From assembly GCA_044892525.1 (NCBI GenBank), contig CM097887.1, positions 128,132,397 to 128,196,396 of the forward strand: a stretch of DNA of 64,000 nucleotides, in the 5' to 3' direction. The stretch's first letter is position 1; every line of letters begins with the position of its first letter. The notes under the pieces were generated by a model, which saw nothing but the letters and a program-made list of their open reading frames with translations, made no database searches and was not told where the DNA came from. Source of the stretch: Schmidtea polychroa. Lineage: Eukaryota. This document shows, piece by piece, positions 51,013 through 62,879 of the stretch. The translations under genes and the position numbers were made by a program.

Positions 51013-54000
51013 CAGCCCCGTACCGTGACACCTTTTGACGGGGGGCCCAGACTCTCATTAAAGGGGCCAGTAATTCTCGTGTAAACTAAGTATTTTATGA
51101 AAACAGACTAGTCACTACTCACACTTTGCACTCCGAAATGTTCAATTTAAAAAAAAGGAAAGCAAAATCGACATTTTGTCTGAGCATTATTTTGCTACAT
51201 TATTGCATATACTAGTATATAGGAAATGATTTTCGCACATTTTTTAGGAACAAACACAAAAAACAAATAGCTGCATGTATTTGCACGACGGCCAATTGGA
51301 AATACAAAGACAGAACACACAGTCACACAGATTTGAAAACTAAAGGTGAGTGCAATAGAAATTACACAGGAACTAGATCCAGAAAAAAGAAATTACGTGT
51401 GTGAGATATCGACATGACTCAAAATAGCTGCAGTTGACGATTTTTCATTTCATGAAACCGCCAAAGAAACTCATCAGATTTGATGTTATTACTGATGTCA
51501 CTTTCAAATGAGAGCAATACAAGGTTGGCTTTACGATAATGGCTCATCGACGTACGAAAGGGAGTTAAGACACGAGATAAAGTACTGAAAGTCGCCTCAC
51601 ATGTGGCAGTTGAAGCACCGATTGTCAGTGCAGAAGCTGCAAGACGATAGACAGATGGAAAAGCATCTCGGTATGAGTACAGTTCTTGCACTAACTGATG
51701 AACGTTTGTCACAGTACTGGCTCTCTTCAATAAGAAAACCTTTGCAGTTTCAAATTCATGTTGGGTTTCGCTTAGGTCCACGCCACACAGTGTCGCTAAA
51801 GTCTTTAGCTCCTCAATATTCAAAAGGTTTGCGTGATCAGTCTTCAAACATGCAAGAGACTTATAAAGGCTTCTGTTGGTGACACCGAAGCGTTTTGTTA
51901 GTTCCTGCAGAGTCCTATCAACGACTTCGTAATACATCTGGCGATATGCGCATCTGATAGGCAAGGCCTGGTGTTCTGGCTGTCCCACAGATCCGAACAC
52001 AATGAAGTTGTCTAATTTTGAGTTCATCTGAGTTCTTCTTCTTTTTGGTGTCTGTTCCATATCCATTTGACCTTCGAATTTCCCAAAAAGAACTTGGAAT
52101 TCCTCTTCATTGCGTAGGCTGCGAATGCGCTCTATGACGGCATCCATAACATCACATGCTGAAGAAAGGTCCATTGCTTGACCCTACAAGCTATTGTTGG
52201 CTGTTTCAAGGATAGTCAGCAATGAGAGCACCATGTGTGCAATGAACTGAAACTCCACTTCATTGACTCGATGCAAGAGTCCAGTAGCTTCCAATTGAAT
52301 ATCAATTGAAAAGTGAGAATGTCTACTAGAACACATCTCAAGCAAATTCACAATTGTATCATAATTAGTTGTTATTGCCTGAGTCGTCTGCAAGTGTCCT
52401 GTCCAACGATGTTCCATGAGCCGTGTCAATTTATCGCCTTGATATATGGCCGCAACCTTAGGATATGACAAAAATGTGTATAAGTTTCTGCATATGTCGA
52501 AGAAGTCCCGCAGTTTTTGGCACTCAGAAACGGCACACACAACAACCAAATACAACTTGTGGTTGAAGCAATGGACATACGGAATTTCTATTTGTAGACG
52601 CTCCTGAAGCAAGGCCTGCACCCCACCATGCTGTCCAGACATAACAGCGGCTCCATCATAGCATTGGGAAATTATATTTTTAGGATCCAACTGAGCCTCT
52701 TTCAAGGTTGTCAAAATTACATCTGTGAAGGCCTCTGCATTGAGAGCAATTGTTCGGGAAATGCAGATTAAGTGCTCCTGAGGTTGTCCTGCTGAGACAA
52801 ACCTTATGGCAATCGACACATTCTCAGTCCCTGTTCGATCTTTGGTACCATCCACCTTCAGAGTAAAATATTCAACATCCGCAGACTTGCACTTCTTAAC
52901 AATTGACTCTTGCACTATTGATGCCATTAACGCGATAATTTCATTTTGAATTCGAGGTGATGTGTACGTGTCAATTTTGGGAATCGTTTTAATGATTCGA
53001 GCCAGCTCAGGATTTTTCTTAACAGTGTATTCGAAGAGACGTAAAAATAGACCACACGGAAGCTTATCATCCTCATCAATATCATCTCTACTGAAACTGT
53101 CACCACAAAAGGCTAATTCATTTGTCACAAGAAACTTTACAACGTCAACGATTTCGTTGACATAATAACGGTTGTTCTTCAGCTGTGTTTCATTAATCAA
53201 AGTGCAAACTTCCTCACCTTTTTCACATCTCAGCTGTTTCTCTTTCCAGCGTTCCATGGCATGGATGTGGCCAGCAGAAGATTCATGCTTTTGAAAACCT
53301 TTTCCTTTTTCTAAAGCCGATTTCCAATTTCGGAATCCTCCTGTTCTGAAAGCACTTTCGCCAGCAGAGCCGGGCAATGAAAGTTTTCTACAGCAAAAGC
53401 AGAAGACTGCATCTTTCTCAATAGAGTACTCCAAATATGGTCTTCCATTATACCACACAGACGAAAATGAGCGTTCCCTTGAACCAAACGAAGTCTTTGA
53501 GAAATTTACATCAGTTGGCTGGCGTGGCATTTCTTCACCCAGATCACATTTAGTAGATGACAGAGTCTTAGCAGGTGCACAAGAAGATGAGGACATCACT
53601 GCACTGTCACGGATACATGAAATAGCAGGTACAGATGAAGGACTAGCACAAGTTGAGGACATAGTAGCAGAGATACTATCACTGGATGAAGTGACTGAAG
53701 TTACAGAATTATTTGGAATGACTTGGAAGAAATTCATGATACTCTTTTGTGTCGACATGTTCTAATACGATGAAAATAATGTTACAAAATATGATCAATT
53801 AACATGTCACTCTGCCATAGGAGTGAGTTGAGTATAATGACATGTGATGTGCTCTCATTGGCCTATCTCTCTACCATCGTATAAAGACCACAATGCACCC
53901 ACTCCGTGCTCTGACACTCAATCATGCCTCCATGCGTTGTTACTGCCTGTGAGGCAGGACAGACAGACAGCACGCACCCTACCCACGCCACCGACTTCAC

Positions 54001-54690
54001 ATGCCAGTCTCTTCCAGTGAGGCAGATAGATGGAACATCCTACCCCCGTCCATTCTACATGTGCAACTCATGCACACCCATGTCAATGCATGTGTGCACG
54101 ATAGCAATTTTTCTTTTATCAAACATATTGAATGTAATGCAGTGATTCACATTAGAGCAACTGTTGTCGACAACGTTTGGTATCGACAATTGTTGCGCTG
54201 TTAACATTTGGTGTTAAGCAATCCTGTGAGGCTAATATTTTAATTGTCCAGCACTACCCTTTAACGATTTGGGGATATTTATAGACACACTCTGGGGTTC
54301 GAATTTCGTACACATCTGAGAAATTTCGCGACATGTAACATTGCTTTACTAATTTAAAAGACCTCACCACCCATTGAAAGTTTTGTTAGAAAATCTTTTT
54401 TAACTTAAGAAAATGATTAAGTCTCAGTTAATTAGGATACGAGAAAGTTTTTATTTAGTGAAATTTAAAACGATGCTCCGACTTTAATTAAAAGGTTTCT
54501 TTAGGATTCGGCCCATTATATAGCGCTTATTAGATCATTTATGGTACATGAATAAATGTAATTGTTTATTTCATTTTCACCTTGAAGTAAAACCATCATT
54601 TTTTATTCATGTCCGTTTTTTTATTTGGGGTGGCCAGACTTGCGTTTGGGGGGGGGGCGAGCCTCCTGGGCCCCCGACGGTACGGGCCTG
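51013..54690 (-). mobile_element. Full-length hAT transposon (ZMYM1-like / TTF-finger group), 3678 bp
   Basis: TIRs CAGCCCCGTACCGT / ACGGTACGGGCCTG. Perfect 8-bp TSD ATCATTAC at 51005-51012 and 54691-54698. Confidence 0.96.
51419..53758 (-). pseudogene. hAT transposase, 779 codons with one premature TAG (52184-52186)
   Basis: ORFs 52184-53758 and 51419-52174 are in frame (9 nt apart). Motifs: TTF finger (WY..RPYLEYS..KDAVFCFCC), GF.NWK..L..H..S..H, KVDGTKD, QCYDGAAVMSG, VHCFNH, RW, TATCEATFS, C-terminal dimerisation domain. Confidence 0.93.
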
Positions 54691-55299
54691 ATCATTACTA
54701 TATTTATAAACCTTACGAATGAGCATGTTAAAATTATGATTAAATAGAAACTATTATTTATTCAGACTCTGAGGATAAATGGAAGACAGATAAGATGTAC
54801 ATGAAATGTATATTGATAATGACGGAACTCGATATAATATTTAAAGAAAAAATCACTTGAAAAGGGCAGTGCTGAAAATTCGTGAATATCAAAAAAAACA
54901 TCGATAAATTTACTGATTCATAGTCAATCATTTCAATAAATACAATGTCAATTGAAAAGAAATCAATGGTGAAAATTGAAAAAAGTTCTTTTTTTCACCA
55001 AAAACTAAATACTTGCGATTATATCTGTTTATTTAAAAAAAATGTGTGCGTTATCATTATTTGTCTTCCAAATCTTCATATTGGAAATATTTTAACACGA
55101 AATCAATTTATATAAAGAATTTATCTCAAACCATAATGACATATAAGGGGTACTAACAAATAAAAATATGTAATTATGAGATACGAAAGGCAAAAAGATT
55201 TGGAACCGCTGGAATGGAGCATAAATTATTAAATAACTAAAGTAAATTTTCATTATTACAATATTTAAAGCCATTTTAATTTAAAATTTAATATTTTTT

Positions 55300-56345
55300 A
55301 GATGTGATCTGAAGAATGCAATCATTTCAAGAAATTAAATAAGAATGAAGCTAAATGTCATTAATGCAACGCAGCAATAAAAATTCTAAATTATGGATCT
55401 TCATCCCTTAAAAACCATTTAAATAAGAATGAAATTGAATCAAAAAAGAGAAGTTAATTTTCAACTTCATTACCATCATCGTCTGCACCTTCAAAAATTC
55501 AAAGAACTGAAAGTATCCTACATTTTGTCACTCGTGAATTGGGCCCATTGTTATTTGCGAAATGTGGTGCTAAAGATAGATTTGCAAAATTCTCTCGCTT
55601 CCATTGGTATTGGAAAGTGTGAGGCATTAAGATTAGAAGATATTGTTTCTCGATAAATTTAGACATCAGAAGTGATATTGTGACTGACACAAGATGTTAC
55701 CTTAGTTCAGAAAAATTTCAGACGACTTTTTGATAATCACTTTTGCTTAAAATATGCAATTAATTTAGTAATACTTAATTTTCTATATACACGCAAAAAG
55801 GAAGAAGCAAACAATAATGATAATTTTCAAGATGACGATGAAATCGATGAACAGAATGAGATTTACGATGATGAATCGGAGCCTCTGCATATGGAATTGA
55901 TATATAAAGACGTTTTAACAATTATTCATAGATATATACAATTTTTTCATGAATTGAAGAGCGTCGAAATATTAATTTTCGTTATGTTTTTACATTTAGA
56001 AAATTATCTTAAACAAAATGTTTTCTTTAATTATTCATCAAAAGCCAGCAAGAAACAGATTAAGGAATTAGACTTAAGACTTTTTAGAGACTTTAATGAC
56101 AGCATACAATTGTGAAGAGACAGTAGTAAATAACGAACAAAGCAATTTAAATGAAATAATTGAAAAGCTTATGACTTCAAGCACAATACGTTTAAACATT
56201 TACCTTGAAATGAAAGCATTTGGGGAACAGAGTAACGCACTGAGAAATTAGAAACAATACAAGCTACATCAACAAGTCGAAAGAACTTTTCCTGTTACTG
56301 GAAATTTCAAAACGAAAGTTCAAAATCGATTACCAGAGAAAAAAT
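55300..56345 (+). mobile_element. Degenerate BED-hAT transposase remnant
   Basis: AKCH*CNAAIKILNYGSSSLKNHL (BED finger), HFCLKYAINLVI, acidic DDDEIDEQNEIYDD insert, IQATSTS..TFS..GNFKTKVQNRL C-terminus. Heavily frameshifted. Confidence 0.6.
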
Positions 56346-56349
56346 TAGA

Positions 56350-57485
56350 GGGTATTGTGACTTTTACCGCCGTAAAATCTATGATTAATTTTTTCATGAC
56401 AATAATACAAAAAATATATTTATTGAAATATTTATAGAAATATATTATAATTGAAGTCAAATTCATTGAAGTTTTAATCATGACAGGACGCGGTAGACCA
56501 CCTGATGTTAAATTTATTGTTATTGAAGAAGTACTTTCCAAGGAGGACATTTCAAATGAAGAATTCTCATTTTTTTCAATTGTTAATCAAATATCAACTG
56601 CGTAGAAATGTAATGTAGAAATGTAATCTCAAATACTCGTCTATTTACTAATTGTACGCTTGTTAAATACAAGGAACATATCGATGGCTAACGATGGTGT
56701 TGCTGAAAATGTAAGGCAACTTCCATTTCCCGAAAGCTTCATTCTTTGAAAAAAGCCATCTGACTATGAATAATTTAGCTATGATTTTGTATTTTTGGTC
56801 CCACAAAGCGAGTAAAAAATTCATCAATGATCAACTAGAAATATCATACAGAGTTTGTCTATTTTGGTATAATTTTTAACGATATTTGTTGTCGCTGGAA
56901 TAAAGATCGTCCTATTCAATTAGGAGGATTGGATGATGATTTTAGTGGATGCGTAGTTGAATTAAATGAAACTGTCATTGTGAAACGAAAATATAATCGT
57001 GGCAATGCAATTTCTCAGAGATAGTTATTTGGCGGATTTGAGCGTTATTCAGGTAAATGTTTCTGTTCTTTTGTACCTAATCGAAAAGCAGAAACATTAT
57101 TGCCAGTGATATCTGAACATGTGGCCATTGGTTCTACGATTATAGCAGATGTTTTCGTATCCTATGGAAATATCTCAAAGATTAATTCTGCAGCTTATTC
57201 ACATTTTGTCGTAGTGCATGAACATAATTTCGTTGAACCAAATGATGAAAATATCCATCATACACAAGGAGTTGAATCTCTCTGGAATGAATTAAAATCA
57301 TCATTTAAAAGGAACAAATAAAGCCTTATTACAAACTCACGTGGAAGAATTTGCATGCCGACGTAATAACTGCCATGACAAATTAGTAATGGAATTCCTT
57401 ATTTTCAAGCTACTATATAGTTTAGAAATATATTTTGTTATAAATTGTGTTGTTTTTTATTTAACGGCGGTAATTCACAATACCC
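56350..57485 (+). mobile_element. Merlin (IS1016/IS1595-like, ISXO2) transposon, defective
   Basis: TIRs GGGTATTGTGACTTTTACCGCCG / CGGCGGTAATTCACAATACCC. Peptide VELNETVIVKRKYNRG..*LFGGFERYSGKCF..VPNRKAETLLPVI..V..GSTIIAD..SY..HNFVEP..HTQGVESLW. No TSD seen. Confidence 0.9.
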
Positions 57486-57862
57486 GTTATGATCCCAAAT
57501 TTTTAACATTTATAGTTCTCACTTTTATTTTATCCTTTTGCTGAGAATTTTCAGATTTTTCTTATCAAAATAACAATTTCCTCACCAACAAAACAAGAAC
57601 ATAAATTATACATTCAAAATTCAAGATTAGTGAGTATCTACGTGGATAGTGAAAAGGAACAATTTTAAATGAAAGAGGTGAGAACGATAAAAATTCCATT
57701 TCAACTGGGATGCTATTAACGGATACCCCCCCCCCTACAAAAAAAACTAATAATGATTGAAAAATCAAAAATACAATATACAAACAAAAGTTCTAACAAT
57801 AACATTTCAATGAAACTGTTAATACAAATGGCTATAATTAAAAACTATTATCTCCTCAAAAC

Positions 57863-59857
57863 CTATAAAGTATTGATTCCACCTCCTAAAATAAACATTG
57901 CTTTCTTTTTTCCAATGAAATCTAAAACTTCATCAAATAATGCATCACAATCCTCAGAACTCTTATTGACTTTGGTGTCAAGGTACAAAAAATTTAAGTC
58001 TACTAAAGTTTCGCTACCGTTGGAAACGAGCCTATCAAAAGCTATGACAGAATCGACTAAACAATTGTTTAGTTCACGGATCGAAGTTACACCATTAACG
58101 AATGCGAGAGATTTCATTCGATGTGAATCGATTAATGAACCGCTAACACGTTGGAAATGTTTTGCTGATATAACTAGAACATTGTTACCAAGCAACCAAG
58201 ACAACAGAATCAATTGAATTGCATAATCATTAACATCAATGTTACCAAAATATAAAATTATATTCCCAACTGGCATTTGATTCAATAGAATATGGAGAGC
58301 CCCAATTGAATTATAATTAGAGCTGTTTAAAATTCGATTGTTCAAATATGTTTTGAATATTTCGGCAGACTTACTACTTATTAATTTGTCAGCAACGACT
58401 TTGTCAATAACGTCATGAATTTGTAAAAATCGATCTGTGTCTTCGCTTCGACCTTTAAATGATTCTAAAACCAATGAAACTTGATTCGCTGACAAAAAAT
58501 GATTGGAATCAAATGAATTATGAGTTAAAATTGAAGCATCGCATTTGATATTATAATTTATTGGAGAAAGTAATTGAGAAATATTAATCAGGTTCACATA
58601 AATGTTATCATATTCTAATTTGGATTTTAAATCAAAACATAAGGAAAGGTTTTCCGTCCACAAATATACACATGATTTTTTTCGATAAAGTTTATTTGCC
58701 AGTAGAAGCCCTTCTTCATAAGAACGAAATGTCAAAAGAAAACTACAGATATTATTGTAAGATTGATTTTGGAAAATGTCATCTTGCGGTTGAACATTAT
58801 CTAGAATAAATGGGAAATAAAATTCATGCTGGTCTTTCAAAATTTCATTAGGAGCAAGTAATTTGATATTTGCATCGGCTTTAAGAAGTTCGATAATAGA
58901 ATTTCCATTTTCAAGATAAGTTAAAGATAGGCGACGATTTTTATCAAATAAATGGGTTTCTTTTGATTTTTCAAGTTCTTCCTTCAAAATATTAATGAAT
59001 TTTTCGTAAATATTTTCCTGGATTAAACACACTTTGGGTCTCTCGGAAATGACAGACCAATTTCCCAGAGAATTTAAATAATTGATAACAGCGCAATGTA
59101 TGTCACAATCATTTAGAACCAAGAAACAGGAATATTTATTATTTAAATTTATGTTAAACTTTTGTTGATGTGAAATTAAAGAGTCGTTTAGAATGACCCA
59201 TTTTTCAGTTGCAATTATTAATTCAGCATCAATATTGAAATTATCTGGGGAAATAAAGCGCATCTGGTACTTGGTTGATGAATCTTCTTTATGGAGTAAT
59301 GATAATAATAAAAAACAAGATATTGCGCACCTATCTCCATGAATTGGAGTAAAAATCAAAGTATGATTGGAGTTATTTAAAATTAAATTCACTAAATATT
59401 CTAGTTTACAATTATCCAAAATTATTTGAACAATCTGGTTTGATTTAATTTTAGTATTTTCATGCTTTTTAATTTTCATACTTAGTTTTATTTCTTCAAT
59501 TAAAAGATTAATCTTCTCGATTGAATCAAAATAAGTCATACCATGAGAAATTACTTCAGATAATTCAAACAAACTTTTATTTTTTTCTAACACATTCAGT
59601 ACATTTTTTGCAATAATACTCCAATTACCTTTAACCTTCATTTCGTCAACTATTTTAATATAGTCTTCTTTCTTTACCTTTGCAATTTTTAATACTACAT
59701 CAGGCAAAATCTTAAAGCATATGTCGTCATAAAATTTTGTATCAACATATTTGTCAAATGAAATTTCGCTGAAAGTACTCAAATAATTCACTAATAGTTC
59801 CACATCAAGCATATTAGCTTTTGAGTCAATTGCGAATTTAGAAATAGAGAAGCTCAT
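57863..59857 (-). CDS. Highly diverged aldehyde dehydrogenase-fold protein, ALDH16A1-like, 664 aa
   Basis: Uninterrupted 664-codon ORF in very AT-rich DNA. ALDH-like landmarks: FELSEVISHG (ETLDNG), SCFLVLNDCDIHCAV, LIQENIYEKF, FILDNVQPQDDIF, TFRSYEEGLLLAN, WTENLS..L....IYVN. A second partial ALDH segment follows (QMPVGNI...LLGNNVLV), which is the ALDH16 architecture. Confidence 0.78.
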   Translation of the reverse strand: MSFSISKFAIDSKANMLDVELLVNYLSTFSEISFDKYVDTKFYDDICFKILPDVVLKIAKVKKEDYIKIVDEMKVKGNWSIIAKNVLNVLEKNKSLFELSEVISHGMTYFDSIEKINLLIEEIKLSMKIKKHENTKIKSNQIVQIILDNCKLEYLVNLILNNSNHTLIFTPIHGDRCAISCFLLLSLLHKEDSSTKYQMRFISPDNFNIDAELIIATEKWVILNDSLISHQQKFNINLNNKYSCFLVLNDCDIHCAVINYLNSLGNWSVISERPKVCLIQENIYEKFINILKEELEKSKETHLFDKNRRLSLTYLENGNSIIELLKADANIKLLAPNEILKDQHEFYFPFILDNVQPQDDIFQNQSYNNICSFLLTFRSYEEGLLLANKLYRKKSCVYLWTENLSLCFDLKSKLEYDNIYVNLINISQLLSPINYNIKCDASILTHNSFDSNHFLSANQVSLVLESFKGRSEDTDRFLQIHDVIDKVVADKLISSKSAEIFKTYLNNRILNSSNYNSIGALHILLNQMPVGNIILYFGNIDVNDYAIQLILLSWLLGNNVLVISAKHFQRVSGSLIDSHRMKSLAFVNGVTSIRELNNCLVDSVIAFDRLVSNGSETLVDLNFLYLDTKVNKSSEDCDALFDEVLDFIGKKKAMFILGGGINTL

Positions 59858-61334
59858 TAAAATTTAACTATCAACAGAATTCTAAAAATAATAATAAAAT
59901 TTTTAAAATATAAATTTTGTTAAAGTTCAGAATTTTAGATGAATAAATATTTATTTATTTTCAAATCAATTTAATTATTAGTAAAGATTTTCAATTAAAA
60001 ATAATTTAACTTATTATTACAATTATGATTTTCATATATAGAAAACTACAAGTTTGAAGTATATGCAATAAATTGTCATTTAAACATTTAATAAATTTAA
60101 ACACGAACTATTGTAAAGATATGTTATTGTGCTATTTACAGTTTTTGCAGAGTTTTTAATTTCAATAAATACATTTATTTTTCATTATTTCTTATTTTCT
60201 TGATTAACCAGAAAGCGAAAGAAATATTTAGCAAATATAACATTAATAAAAATATTCGATATTGATCAACTATTTTCTAGTTCTAATTTCCTCTTTTCAT
60301 ACGACTAGATGAATAACTTCAATAATATTAAAATATACAAATTTTTGACACAGGCTTAATGAAGTGGGGGCTATTATTTTAAAACTTTAAATGGGTCGTT
60401 ATGTAATATTGGCAAAATACAAAATAACATCGATTTGTTTTAATCAAACAAAACTATAAGCAGACATACAAAAAGTTCAGATGAAATTACTGTCAATAAG
60501 AACCGAATCAATGTGGCTGTAATGTAATGGAGTCGGAATGTGTGTTGTTTAGTCTATAATGAACACAATTGTTGCGTGACGGTTTTCACGATGACAAATA
60601 AAAGCATGGGAGTTGCCTTCTCAAACCAATATAATATTGCTCTAACACCTGAAAACAGTAAATAGGCAACGTTTGTAATGTACCAGATGAGTGGATAGTG
60701 GCAAAAGGTGAGCTCTTGTAAGTAACTATTAATGTTCCTGTATACCTGGGTTCCATGGCCTACGGATGGAGGAAGAAGAAGTTGCTTACTCTCTTAAGCC
60801 CATTTGCGTTTATGTTAAAACTTTAGTTAAATTATAAATTTTTAATAAAATTCTGACTAATATAATACAAAATATAGATAGAAAACATTACTATACAAGT
60901 TAAGAGGTAATTAAATTACATTTAAAAAACAATTCAAATGTTTTATTTCACAGGTGCTATTTACATAAATAAATATCTTCAATTTGAATAATTCCATTAT
61001 AAATTCTAAAAAATATTTTCAAAATAATTCTTATTTATTAGATTAGAAGCATGAAAATTGTGTTTGTAAGTGTATTTTATTTTTTAAACAAAAGTATTTT
61101 TCTGCTTTCAAAAATATATCACCATAATTTATAACTTGTTCATATTTCAAAGCGGTATGCTTCTTCTTTTTGTCCGGTTATATTATATTACATAAATTAA
61201 TTTGTGACAAACTTCTTCATAATTTATATGTTTAGGTGTATCATTGACAAAAATTACACACCTACGTAAATAATTTCAAAAATAAACTGAAAATTTTTGA
61301 CTTTAAGAACTTATATTTTGAATTTTTAATTAAA

Positions 61335-61520
61335 CACGTTGACGGACAAATTCGGTTACATGACCAATGCGGTCGTCAGATATTAGAACTGGTTTTGTGA
61401 CCGGATGGCTATCACAATCATTTGATTCATTAAACTTCATGAATTTCTATATATTGTATTACCATAAGAACCGTCAAAACTATTTGAACCCCTTTTGAAT
61501 ATTTAGTGTTCGTCAACGTG
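61335..61520. mobile_element. Small TTAA-type MITE
   Basis: CACGTTGACGGAC ... GTTCGTCAACGTG inverted termini, flanked by TAAA / TTAA. Confidence 0.65.
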
Positions 61521-61943
61521 TTAATAAAATTGGTGGGTCGCAGGTAAACCACATTTACCCTTTCGTGTCGTTTCCAACACAACCCAAGATACAATAATTT
61601 ACTTATTCATCTGACCAAACACTTCATAAATTGCTTATCTATTTATTCGGATTTATTATTTTATAGATAATTCTTCGACCGACCAGCTATTATAAAAATT
61701 TAAAAATATATATTACTAGTACTATTTACTACATCTTTTTAACTTTTTAATAAGTAATATTTTGTATTTAAATAAAAAAAATTATAAAATAAACAATTAT
61801 GTGCGATTGCTTGTAACAAATACAAAAATGTCTTTTAATTTTTAAATTGTGTACTAATTTCACAAAAATATAACAAAATATAACAATAGTGCAATGATTA
61901 TCCCAATAATGGAATTTGACAAATATTTCCCAGAATTGTTGAA

Positions 61944-62879
61944 TTATTTTTTAATATGGAATATTTGTTTTATCATTTTGATCAAACTATTTCGCAGCTG
62001 AGATGTAGCGAGATTAAATAAATAAAATTTTACGCAACTACTGCTTATTATCAAAATATTGTAAATGTGAAACCATATTACACTTGCTATGGTAGAAAGA
62101 TCAAAAACCCCTGTATAGTACAATGAATCGAACACAGTTCCAGGGACATTTGAACAAAACCCATAAATAGCTATGATGAGTATCATCTTGAGCATTGATA
62201 TGCTTTTTTTTTCATTAGCCGTTTCGTTTAAATTGCTTTTCCTTTGTATTTTAAGATGTTTCTGGTGGTTTATGAGAGATTTTAGCATCGTAATAATTGA
62301 AACAAATATGATTAAAAATGGGAAATAAACTTTTCCAAAGCCATTCAATAAATTTAACTCCAAAGTAACATAAACAGTATTGACACAGTATTTAAATTCA
62401 TTTTCTTCGGCAAACAATCTGGGCCAATTCGTGGCTGCTGAAATCATGATGATGACACCTGAAATTATAAAACTATGCGATTTGTGTAAGTTTCGTAAGA
62501 AAGTACTCATCGGTTTTATTACCAGCAAACCTCTTTCAATATTTAACACCATCAACGTGTAAATACTGGCTTGAGACACAATATCAGAAAAATATAAATG
62601 AAACTTACAAAATGGGATAGTTACAGTTCGATAATCGTACTCTATAGCCAATAAAAGAAAATACTGAGTTCCTGACGTAAGTATGACCATCAGATCCCAA
62701 ACTGCATCAAATAGTAACATGAATTTGGAGAATTTTCGAATAGTTTGATTTTCAGAAAATGATATAATTGAAAGAATATTTCCTATTATACCGAAAACAA
62801 TCAGAAACCCCAAAATTACGTAAAAGAAGGTTTGTAATGTTTTACTTATCGACACTAAGTAAGTTTCAGAAATGTTCAT
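61944..62879 (-). CDS. Class A (rhodopsin-like) 7TM GPCR, peptide-receptor/srw-like, single exon, 311 aa
   Basis: Seven hydrophobic segments; TM1 GIIGNILS, TM2 WDL, TM3-start C (FCKFH), NIERG (DRY equivalent), ECL2 Cys, TM5 YFPF, TM6 NVP, TM7 SSCVKFYLF, helix 8 SQLRNSL. Confidence 0.9.
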   Translation of the reverse strand: MNISETYLVSISKTLQTFFYVILGFLIVFGIIGNILSIISFSENQTIRKFSKFMLLFDAVWDLMVILTSGTQYFLLLAIEYDYRTVTIPFCKFHLYFSDIVSQASIYTLMVLNIERGLLVIKPMSTFLRNLHKSHSFIISGVIIMISAATNWPRLFAEENEFKYCVNTVYVTLELNLLNGFGKVYFPFLIIFVSIITMLKSLINHQKHLKIQRKSNLNETANEKKSISMLKMILIIAIYGFCSNVPGTVFDSLYYTGVFDLSTIASVIWFHIYNILIISSSCVKFYLFNLATSQLRNSLIKMIKQIFHIKK

